From the NCBI RefSeq assembly GCF_001194135.2, contig NC_068989.1, positions 27,640,929 through 27,704,928 of the forward strand: a stretch of 64,000 nucleotides of DNA, read 5' to 3'. Below, in pieces: positions 53,011 to 64,000 of the stretch. The translations under genes and the position numbers were made by a program. Below the pieces are notes generated by a model, which worked only from the letters and a program-made list of their open reading frames with translations, did not search any database and was not told the origin of the DNA. This DNA is from Octopus bimaculoides. Lineage: Eukaryota. The first letter of the stretch is position 1. Each line of letters starts with the position of its first letter.

Positions 53011-55509
53011 GAGGGGTGTCAAACTCAATCGGACAGGGGGCCAAAACTCAAAGGACACTTTAAGTCGCGGGCCGAACAGGATAAACATTTATTGAACAGA
53101 CTAAAACCTTTTAAACAAGAACATGTATTGAAACAGATAGTGTATAATTTTATTCCAAAAATAGATTCATTTTGACTTAAATTTCTTAAAATATTTTGCT
53201 CTGCATAAAAATATTTCCTGTCAAAATTATAAAAATTTAAAATAAAAACATGATGCAAAAAATAAAAAGAAAATATAAATAAATCTGCTTTTTAGCGAAA
53301 ATTAAAATAATAAATCAAAACTTTCAATTTTCTTTATGCAACTTTGTCCGAGCTACATACTTCAAATCTTTTCTTGGCAACGAGTTCATTGATGTTTGGG
53401 GTAAGGTTCTGTTTTATTGAGACTTTCAGAATGGATTGCAAGTGTTCATCTGTGAGACGACTCCTATATGACATTTTATTCATCTTCATCACAGAGAACA
53501 CCTTCTTGTACAGATATGAGCTTTCACACAAAAACAGCGTTCGAGCTGCATGTAAACGGAGCAGGGGAATGCCTTCAGGTATGAAGTGAGTGAACTGTGC
53601 GGGCCCCCACAGAATCGTACTTTTGTTTTAATGTCCCATTACACTGCATTTAAATATGTACAGGTGCAGTTTCCACATTGACAGCAACTGGATTGTGAAG
53701 CAGTTAGAAATTGTTTTTCTGTGCTTCAAAGTCACTAAAGAGCCGTGCGAATTCAGTGCGGAGCGCACTCAGTTTATCAGCAAAGTGTTGCTTTGGGAAC
53801 ACCGTCTCGCTGACTTGGCTCAACATTACTTGGCAACAGGGTAAAAGACAAGTTCAATTGGTGCATTTGTGTCTCCCATAAGCGCAGCTTCACTTCAAAT
53901 GACTTCACTGCGTCATACATATCACAGATCATGCGATATCATCCCTGGAGCTGGATGTTTAAAACACTGAGATGCGCAGTTATGTCAACCAGGAACGCCA
54001 ACTCGCATTTCCACATCTCATCCCGCAGAACTTTTTATTCTTTTCCTTTACTGTCCATGAACTGACATATCTCCTCAACCAGCAGAAAAACTATATCGAG
54101 GACCTTTCCCAGACTGAGCCACCGCACCTCCGTATGATAAGGCATGTCACCAAACTCTGAATGTATTTCCTGCAGGAAAGACTAAAATCGACGGTGATTT
54201 AACCCTTTGGTTCGGATAAAGTTTACGCTTTGCGCTACAGTGCTCATTACCTGTTCCTTTTTTGAGACTTTAACGCACAGCGTTTCCTGGTGTATGACGC
54301 AGTGATATGTTGTCAAATCACCAAAGCAGTTCTCTTCTTGCATCTTCAACAGTATACTACACTCTAGTCCACTTTTATCTGATGCTCTATCTGTTGTAAG
54401 TTTGTCCCAAGACAGTTTCATGTCGGTTACACTCTGACATATTTTTCCAAAAAGGTTCTTTCCTGTTGTTGTTCCATGCACCGATTTAATGTCTAAAATT
54501 TCCTCCATGACGAACAAATTGGAGTCCACTCCACCGCTGAAGATAGCCAGCTGTGTTGTATTAGTAGTCGTGCCAGTAGTCTCACCCACAACAAGAGAGT
54601 ATGCAACAAAATATTTTCCTTTTTCAATCAACTGTGTTTTCAAATCAGTGGCCATCTCACACGCCCAATCAGCAACCGTATTTCCGCTAATACTCACATC
54701 AGCACACAGTTCCTTCTTGTTTGGACACAAAGCGTCGCACATTTTCATCATACATCTCTTCACAAACTCTCCTTCGGTAAATGGCCGGGCTGATTTTGTG
54801 ATCTCCTCTGCCACAATAAAACTTGCTTTAACAGCAGCTTCACTTTATGATTTTGCTTTGGTTGAAAGAATGTGTGTTGTAATGTGAGATTCCTCTTCAA
54901 CTCTTCTACCTTTCGTTGCTTCTGCTCAGCTGTGAGGTACTTATGCTTGTCCTGATTTTTTGTCTCGTAGTCGCGTTTGAGATTATACAGCAACATTAGT
55001 AACACAACTAAGACACGCGTTTGCCATCAATGTCAGTAATTATGTACTAGGTTTTCAGCATCAACTTTTCTCTCGGTCATTGATATAGATAGCTATTTCT
55101 ACTGAACGACGTCGCGTAAGAGCGGTAAAGCTGCTGTTGCGGTGCATTATGGGATTAGTAGATTTTGCGTCATCAGTGCTTCTAAACACGCGAATAGAGA
55201 ATTGAAGGAAGCGTTTCTCAGGATGTTTTGTTGCAGTTACAATTAAGACTGGTGAATGTGTTAACGTTTTTATTTGTACGGATAGAATGTAATAGTTTAC
55301 AGTGTTGTTGTTTCTAGTCGTGTATTAAATTATTGCTACTTTTCCATGTAATGGACCGCTTTAGCTACTCACTATGTATGTGCAGTTGTAACAGGAAGGT
55401 ATGGGTGTTGCTGAGGGCAGCAAAGTACTCTATTTGCTGATGCCGCCATTTGGACCAATTTCATGTTGATATCAAAATGGTCCCGCGAGCCAGGAGTTTG
55501 ACATATCTG
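53011..55509 (-). mobile_element. Full-length (2.5 kb) hAT DNA transposon fossil, Charlie/SPIN-like group
   Basis: TIRs gaggggtgtcaaactc (53011) and gagtttgacatatctg (ending 55509). The 8-bp flanks ctgtagaa and ctccagaa are each one change from ctctagaa, the group's preferred TSD. Confidence 0.92.
53334..55080 (-). pseudogene. GTF2IRD2-like hAT transposase pseudogene
   Basis: MTERKVDAEN...; KASFIVAEEITKSARPFTEGEFVKRCM; YSLVVGETT (first catalytic D lost); HGTTTG; LTTD; HCVIHQE; NFIRTKGLNHRRF; FSVMKMNKMSYRSRLTDEHL. Several frameshifts. Confidence 0.9.
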
Positions 55510-55962
55510 CTCCAGAACTTTCAAGCACGGAGTAACCGTTTTTTTTATCTCAAAAACAAACGCGATATTTGTAGCGATGGATGTTATACTTTATGCGAAA
55601 GAACCAAATATTTCAATGATAAGGTAGACAGTATCTTTTGTTTACAAAAGGTCCATATTTGGAATCTAATCTGATACTATATACATATGATAGGATAATT
55701 TATAATCCAAGGAAATATTTTTATCAAAAGCAACTTATTTCCAGACATTTATGGTTAGTAAGCGAGGATTTGCGAATACTGAGTAAATCTTTATATTCCT
55801 GTCTTATTAACTGTGCTTTTTTACAGAAACTGTTTATTTGGAATCACTTAAGTTTATATTACTGGGGGATTCAGACACCACACCTAATGCTTCTAATATT
55901 AAAACTCGCAATATAGTTGGTCTGGCAAACCTAACCGTCTATTACTATCCGTACGTAGAGCA

Positions 55963-56115
55963 GGACGGCGAACTCGCAGAACCGTTAGGACGACGGGGAA
56001 AATGCTTAGCAACATTTCGTCCGTCTTTACGTTCTGAGTTCAAAATCCACGAGGTCGCCATTCGTAATTTCAAGGTCGATAAAATAACTACTAGTCGGGC
56101 ATTAGGGCTGGTGTA
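55963..56115 (+). mobile_element. SINE family B
   Basis: ggcgaactcgcagaaccgttag...atttcgtccgtctttacgttctgagttcaaa...gtcgataaaataactac. Confidence 0.85.
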
Positions 56116-57232
56116 ACCAACTTATCGCTTCCACAAAAAATTTGCTGACTTTGTGCCCCAGAATGTGTAAGTTTACTTCGAGTTTATGACTCTGACGTGC
56201 TGCCATTTATGTTTTAACTTGAAAACAGTTAACAGCTAGTTGATAACGGTGGTTTCATCTGCTAGAAATATCAGCTAAATCTCCATGCAAGTTACTTTTC
56301 ATTTCAAAGAAAGATCGCAACATTTGGTAATATAGTTCTAGATACTGTGTATGAATAGAAGATGAGATACTCGTATCTGGTCTGCTTGTGATGATAAATC
56401 TTATCAAACAGGTCTGAGTTAGAATTTAAACGTCTGTACCTATGAAGCACACTAACAAGTAAAACAAAAATTAGTGCTTAAATATTCTTGGGTGTTTTGT
56501 ATATTAATTTGAAATAGTGAGCAATGTACGATGTACTCTTTGTTTTACAGAATTTGTACATCTGAAACAGCAATATTTTGTACAGTGAATGGTGTCGGAT
56601 ATTGCAATTTTATACTGTATCAATCGTCTATAATTCACTTTAATGTGTCCATATGTTTGTGAATGTATGTATGTGTGCATGCAATTGTACGTAAATTTGT
56701 GCGTGTGTGTGTTCAACGTCAGGTTGCTTAGTTCAATGACAAACATCAGCCAACCTTACTGATTCACAAAGAAAATAAACAGGGACATTAAATACATTAA
56801 CCTGACGTGTGAGTGCAAAGTAGAAGACCTGTTGATATTATCTTAGAAATATGAAGAAAACAAGCATGCTATATAAAATAGGAGCAACATACTTTTTATT
56901 TTCAAAATAAAATTATCCAGTATAAAACACATACGTACGTTTACAGTTAGAGAAAATCGCTGGTAACTACAAACTTATAGCTTAAACTATTTAAAATCAC
57001 TGCTTTTGTCAAAATTCTTAGTCAACGGTTGAAAAAAACAAAACAGTCCTCCATACTCTACCAACATGTCAAAGACCAGCATGCAGGTACACTAGGTTAA
57101 CTTGATTTCGCATTCCATCCAAGCACCCGAAGAACCCAACACTCAGAAAAATACAGGAGTACGTCCTCATAAAGGAAACATCCACACTACTAAATAGGAA
57201 ATATACGTAGAAGGTAGTAATACCCCAATACT

Positions 57233-57357
<125 letters not shown>

Positions 57358-57624
57358 TGTGTATGTGTGTGTGTGTGTGTGGAGATAAATGGATATGTAA
57401 GTAAACAGATAGATAAACAGATAGTTAGGTACATAGGTAATATGAACAGACAAACACATACTTACATACATAAAGAAATGAAGACTGAAACACATGATCA
57501 TATACACACAAGCACATTTCACACAAACACACAAGGACACATATGGAGACACATACAAATGCACACACAGATACATATAAACACACAAACATGAATACAT
57601 GAACACATGAATATGCAGAATACA

Positions 57625-57997
57625 TTGTTGTTGTTGGCACTCCGTCGCTTACGACGTCGAGGGTTCCAGTTGATCCGATCAAAGGAACAGCCTGCTCGTG
57701 AAATTAACGTGCAAGTAGCTGAGCTCTCCACAGACACGTGTACCCTTAACGTAGTTCTCGGGGATATTCAGCGTGACACAGTGTGACAAGGCTGACCCTT
57801 TTAATTACAGGTACAACAGAAACAGGAAGTAAGAGTGAGAGAAAGTACAGCAGGGTTCGGCACCATCCCCTGCCGGAGCCTCGTGGAGCTTTAGGTGCTT
57901 TCGCTCAATAAACACTCACAACGCCCGGTCTGTGAATCGAAACCGCGATCCTATGACCGCGAGTCTGCTGCCTTAGCCACTGGGCCATTTCGCCTCC
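57625..57997 (-). mobile_element. tRNA(Arg)-like-headed SINE family C with (AAC)n tail
   Basis: Reverse-complement head ggaggcgaaatggcccagtggctaaggcagcagactcgcggtcataggatcgcggtttcgattc has A and B boxes. The resemblance to described octopus tRNA-Arg SINEs is from memory. Confidence 0.85.
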
Positions 57998-59394
57998 ACG
58001 CAAAATACATACATACAAACAAACATACACACACACACGCATACATATATATATATGAATATACACACAGACACATATATGCATACACACATACATACAT
58101 GCATGCAGACATACATAATATGTGTATACACACGCACACTGACGCACACACAAGGGCCCAAACAAACAAAAAAACGCAGCTCTGATAACGGACAGAGTCA
58201 ATGACCATTGAAAAGTGTGCAAGACTCAACGAAAATTCTAAAAAAAGATAAATAAGTATAAATGAGTTGAAATCGAGCCGGTGAGTGTTAAGACAAAGCC
58301 TGGATAAGGCGCTAAAAGAGAATGACTCTCCCCAGACAGAATAAGATATGCTTCAACACACAACTTCACATAAATAATATTGCAAACCAAATACAAAAAT
58401 GAAATTTTACTATAAATTTTCAATAAAATAAATACAATGAATTATATTTATTTCTCCCAGGGAAATTGAAACAAATGAATCTGAATTGAGATCAATAAAT
58501 TTTTCAGATAAAGTTTAGATTTTCTTGGAAAGATATGAGGCATGAACAGTAGGAAATTTTCATACTTCACTGTTAAAGATTAAAATTGTTCCATTTGCTT
58601 TGGTGCTGACATTAAATAGTGCTGAAGTAGTAGAGATTACCACAAAGAATTACACAGTTTCTACTTCACAACTACACTTCCGTACTTCCCTTCAAGTGCC
58701 AGCAATAAATGTTTCTTCCTCTTCACTTTTAGATAAGGAATGTAAACAGAGGTATTGGACTGTACCCTTTTACACCAAAATAGTTGAGCATTTTTGTCAC
58801 TGGAGTTTTTGATAATGAAACTGTTCGATCAGAGTTGATCTAGGTCCAATAAAAAATATATGAATATTTCGAGTTAATGACGTAACGCCAATAACACCTT
58901 GGATATGAAACCAAATTAAAAGGAAATTATATTAATTAGATACTGTGTTCTTGAAAAAGTCTTGATGGTCACAGCTGGAACGATTTTGATTACAAAATCC
59001 GTTGGCTCAAAGTTGATTTGACCTTAAAAATCATTTAAATTTATAGATGCTTACTCAAATATTCGGTTACATCAAATATATTAAATTGAACTCAGTATTA
59101 TACTAGATTCAAGCCTTTGAATCCGCAAGGGCGCTTTACAAGATAGGTTTTTGTTTGTAGTGAGTAGTCTTATGGTTATGTGTTCACGGTTCGCTAATTG
59201 GCGGAAATATTTTCAGCTGTAATCATAAAACGCATGTAGTCACCCGCTTTGCGTCTTCCAAAGTGTTTGTCGAACGAAATCACAAATACTGAATGTACTG
59301 GTGAATTCAAAGAGTTAAGTATTACATTTAAGCAGGTACTGTATTAAATGACAAAAAAAAAAAAAACTATTGTCATTATTCACAGACTGCCTAA

Positions 59395-59610
59395 ACTAGC
59401 GTGCTAGCAGAATCATTAGCGTCCGGATAAAATGTTTAGCGGCATTTCGCCCTCTTTACTTTCTGAGCTCAAATTTCGCCGAGGTCGACTTTGCCTTTCC
59501 TCCTTCGATATCGATAAAATAAGTACCATTCGGGTACTGAGATCTACGTAATCGAGTAACCCCCTACCCACAAATTCCAGGTCTTGTGCCTATAATCGAA
59601 AGGATCATTC
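59395..59610 (+). mobile_element. SINE family B, full length
   Basis: gctagcagaatcattagcgtccggataaaatgtttagcggcatttcg...gagctcaaatttcgccgaggtcgactttgcctttc...cacaaaattccaggtcttgtgcc. Confidence 0.85.
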
Positions 59611-60724
59611 AGAAACTGCTTATATACACATTTTTCTAAATCTATTTGTCCTTAACGATTTCATTGGCAAATACTAAGTGTTCAGTCGATGTCGGAATAT
59701 CTCGAGATACACAGAACATCTTTTAAATCGATCAGTTACTCTAATATACACAATGAATTAGGAAAAAAACGTATTTAAAATTTTTTTATTTGTATAATAT
59801 ATATTTTTTTATCATATCAATACCAACAGATTTTTTTTTAATTATTTTTTGTGACTTTCTTTACTGAAATCACACACCTAGCATATTCTAATTTCACACT
59901 TAACATTATAATGTACGAAATGCATTTTTTCTTTGTATTTTACTGTTTATAAAGCTAGATTTGAAGAGCTGCAACTAGACCAGATGGATATAGATATTCA
60001 TATATATTTTTTGTATTCTTCTTTTTAAAAGATTTGTGGATCTAGTCGTATATTTTTCATTTTACTTGTCCTTTAGCCATGAATTGCAGTAAAAATATTC
60101 TTTCTTTAAAAAAATACAATTGTGTTACATTATAAACTTGCACCTAAAATATTTAGAAGGTAAAGTACATTGGAATTTACTTCTTCATCGTCGTAGACAG
60201 ACAGAAAAGCAATAAAGAGTATATATTTCCTTTCTAAGTGAATAAGTTTCAAATTTTTCCATCATCACGAGTGGGTTGCTGAAATCTATTAACCAAAAGA
60301 TGGGGTGTCAGTGATACGAAAAGATTATCAGAAATGAATTACATTGTATTAACACCTGACATAAATCAGAAAATTCATTACTAAGTAGTCCCCAACGTGA
60401 TTGATCATACTGTAGCTATTTCAGTTTTCACGCCTTTTCCATTTCATACACTTCACATATTATACAAGAATAATCATGGTTTGGGTAAATCCGACTTCGA
60501 AGATTCTTTCATATATGACATGCAGTATTTTAGTATATTTGAACAACAGAATGGAACGTAGTTTTACCTTCCTTTTATAATCTCATGGGATTATTGTTCT
60601 AACTGAAGGGCGCAGAGAATTGAACCAAAAATGCATTGTCTCTCACTGAGATACCGTCTTTAATATTTCACGCATCTGCATTAATAATTAGGGCTAATTC
60701 TTACGAAATAATTTCGATATAATG

Positions 60725-60885
60725 CTTTCTGATTTCGGCACAGGGCCTACAAATTTGAAGGCAGGGTGTTAGTCGATGCTATCGACTCCATTACGGGGTG
60801 GGGTGAAAGTAGATTTCAGCTCGGCAAGATTTGAAACCAGACAGTAAGGAAATGGAAGAAATAGTCCATGGTATTTTCTCCGACG
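60725..60885 (-). mobile_element. SINE family B, degenerate
   Basis: gatttcggcacagggcctacaaatttg...agtcgatgctatcgactcc...atttgaaaccag. Confidence 0.65.
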
Positions 60886-63636
60886 TCTCAGATGTCAAGT
60901 CTCAAATAAATATAATACCGACTGTAAATATATGTCATGTGTTTGTGGATTACTGTGCAGTGGTTGTACATATCTTAAAATATACATTAGCAGGAAAATC
61001 ATGTCCTATCGTCTTTTTTGCATCTTTTCTCTTTTGTGTGGTTAGTATGATCACAAAGCACATCGCTCATAATATTTTTTAGGGCCTCTATGATTTATAC
61101 GTGGGATATAGTTATCGTCAGAAAAATAACAACATATAAATGCACACAATATATGACGTTAACAAATAAACGTTTTAAAATTTACTCTTAGAATGCATAT
61201 TCAGGCAATTTTTAGAAAATGTATTATTCACATTTTATATAAAAGTATATACACCTGTTAATAGTTTCACTGCATATAAGTACTGTATATAGTATACGTG
61301 TGTATGTATGTCTGCGTGCGTGCGTGTACAACACACACATAATGCATGCTAATACATGCACGCACATACACAAACTCACAGACACACACATATCTATATA
61401 TAAGATACATTTCGTGAGTGTGCATGTATGCGCGCATGTGGGTATTTACACGTACACACCCCTGTGTTTATGGATGTATGTTATGTTGTGAGAATATATA
61501 TCCAGGTGCGTTTCTTAACATTAATAATTTTCAAGGTATAGATCGCATGCGAAAATGTATTGCCAATTGGAACAGCTTTGAAAACATGTAGTAGTTCGCG
61601 TGCCGTTGAACTAAATTTAAGTCAAGTTACTTTTACATTCTAAACATAAAGAGAAACACAAATAGTATAAACATTTTCGTTTAACGTTTTAAAATTTAAA
61701 ATACCCCATTCTAGTAGCATACTGTGAAGAATTACTACAAAGATTTTAATCAAAAGATTTTTCAATTGTACTATTCATGACCGCTTTTCAATGTAGCTAA
61801 CAGTGTAAAAAAATGTATATTAGGATTTCGAATCATGATGGAGGTTATGTTATCTCTCAGTGATTTGTAATTAGATTGAAAAGGAATGTAACTCCATACT
61901 GTTTTATCCGTCACACTATAGTTTTTGCAATGCGCCTCCCACTTCCGACCAAAGAATAAGTTCTGTCACAGATATGGGATCACACATGTTTTGTTAGTTT
62001 AGCGTTTTAAATAATTACTAGTTTTTTTTATTGGTAGTTATTTATTTCAGTACGGAAAATTTGAAGTCACAACAGTGGCGAGGATTGAGCTCTAAATGTG
62101 GAGATACACAAACAGCTTAATTCTTTCTACTATTACAAATTCCAACTGGATAGTGATTTCTTATTAAGGTACACATCCACAAATACGTGGATGGTGGTGA
62201 GGATTCTTAATCAAATGAATTCGTGAATTATTCTGATATTTATTTAATCCACATAAATAAGGATGTCAACTGAGAAATTAAATACACAAAGTACACAGCT
62301 CGATGTATTCGCCTCTGCTCTCTTGTCTGCAAATATTTTGTTCCACTTACAAGATAAAGAAATACGCAGGAATATACTAATTGCTTATGAAGGAACAGTG
62401 TTATCTTTTCGCTACCCCATATTACATATACGCAACACAGATAAATTGACATTGATTCACATCACTTTAAAATAGATATCGGAGAGACAGAGAGAGACAG
62501 AGAGAGGCTTCTACTATAATCACTTTTGTTCTTACAAAGATGAACTTTATACGACATGAATTGGAGTTTGGTGAGAGGCAAACAAAATTTTATATGGAAC
62601 TTGAAAGTTGTATATAAAATTTTGTTTCAGCAACTAAACATTACCATACTTGAACGAAACACTGAATTAGTTAATGTTTAATAGTTTTAAAAAGAAATAA
62701 AAATTAATAATGATTTTAGTGTATTCTTTTATGCATATGTTTCGAATTCAATGTTACGGATAATTTAAGGCTGCTTCTTAGCTCGATGTTAATGAATTGA
62801 AGCTGTTGTAATTACTATAGTTGAATGTTGACCATCTCTTTTCATAGATTGTCACCGTTCAATTACATTTTCATTTAATTTCTATTCTTTGCTTCACTTA
62901 CAACCCTATCGACAAATTCGAATATTGATTACATTGTCTACAATAGCAGTAACCGCAACAAGAGCAGCGCCATGAGCGAACAAAAGAGAAAACAATAGCA
63001 ATATCGTCTATAATATTGTGTTAAAACTTGGCCAACGAATATCTTCAAATTAATGTATTTAATAAATTGGAAACATAGGTTAAGGGTGATGCTTTTAATG
63101 TTAACCAATAAAGTGTTTAATTTGCTAGCATCGGAAAGTTTCGAGGATTTTACTACTCAACTGAAAATGTTTCAATTTAATTATCACGTGTTGTTAAAAA
63201 CGTATCATGATATTGGCTCTTGAAAAATATAAAAACTGGCGTTTGAACTTTACAAATGGAAAGACGTAGACGTTCGTGGTTCTATTCTCAATTAAAGGGA
63301 ACCCTTACTCTAATTTAATATAAAATGGTGTTTAAACTTTTTAGAGTTGATCATTAGTCATTGATATCATATTTTCAACAGTTTCAGATCAAGAAGAGAG
63401 CCTACTTTAACTTAAGTCAAAGAACCGCTTATGATATCGTATGAACCTATGAAAAGGTTTTCACTTCAATGTTGCCATTGAGTCTCCTTGAAACACATTT
63501 GTGCTCCATCCATTCTCAGTCGAATCGCTATAAAGGAACCGCCGTCGTATATTCAACTGATATTATAAATCTCTTCAACAGTTTACATTTTCATCTTCTA
63601 CAATTTACATAAAGTCAGTTTATAAATGTAGTACCT

Positions 63637-64000
63637 ATTATTATTATTATTGTTCAGTAGTTTTATTTTTATAACGTGCTTTCACTTCACTACCGAGCGC
63701 AGCTCTGTGCGCCTTGGGTATGTGCTGTGGTTTGCTGTGGTGCTCTTATGGTTACTGTATTGAAAGTGTTTTGCGTAGGATGTGTGCAATTTTCTGTATG
63801 TTATATATATTTGTAAGTCCTGGTGTTTTTGTTATGTATTTGTCTGAATATGATAGGAATTGTTTCTGTTTTTAGATTCCACATTCGAGTTACCTCTATT
63901 TCCAGGTCTTTGTATTTTGAAAGTTTTTCCATTTCTTTTAGAGAAACGTTGTCATCTGCTGGTATTGATACATCAATTAGAAAGCATTTTTTTCTTCATG
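63637..64000 (-). mobile_element. Dong/R4 LINE 3' end (young subfamily), continuing beyond the right window edge
   Basis: HEEKKCFLIDVSIPADDNVSLKEMEKLSKYKDLEIEVTRMWNLKTETIPI. The terminal 80 bp or so are identical to 12529-12610, and there is an AAT tail. Confidence 0.9.

Noticed and set aside
55160-55190. CTGATGA (minus strand) in the hAT 5' region
   Set aside because: There is no pairing helix or GAAA/NUH arm, so it is a chance 7-mer.
57920-57997. tRNA-Arg-like sequence
   Set aside because: It is a SINE head continuing into a SINE body and tail; the acceptor stem does not close.
60267-60290. acgagtgggttgctgaaa resembling the mariner TIR
   Set aside because: No partner TIR or transposase sequence nearby, and too short to support.
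58600-62475. Short ORFs at 58600, 60831, 62240 and 62263
   Set aside because: No recognisable domains or consistent splice signals, and their lengths are within chance expectation.

Overview
AT-rich, microsatellite-laden eukaryotic DNA with 13 N-gaps, made almost entirely of decayed transposable elements separated by unique non-coding sequence. The repeat repertoire (tRNA-derived SINEs, Dong/R4, RTE, CR1, Tx1, Penelope-like elements, mariner, hAT) suggests an octopus/cephalopod genome; this is inference only. No intact host gene is visible, only one candidate 58-nt exon. Most long ORFs in the supplied track are microsatellite or N-gap artefacts. The most notable signals are two structurally complete minimal type I hammerhead ribozymes with palindromic helix III: 23560-23641 (-), downstream of a Penelope-like GIY-YIG remnant, and 28425-28508 (+), with no recognisable host element. 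Also notable are a head-to-head inverted Penelope-like element, a 250-bp foldback made of two identical Dong junctions, many Dong/R4 copies tied to (TAA)n, and a full-length hAT fossil with TIRs and target-site duplication. Element boundaries were estimated by eye, usually to within 10-50 bp.
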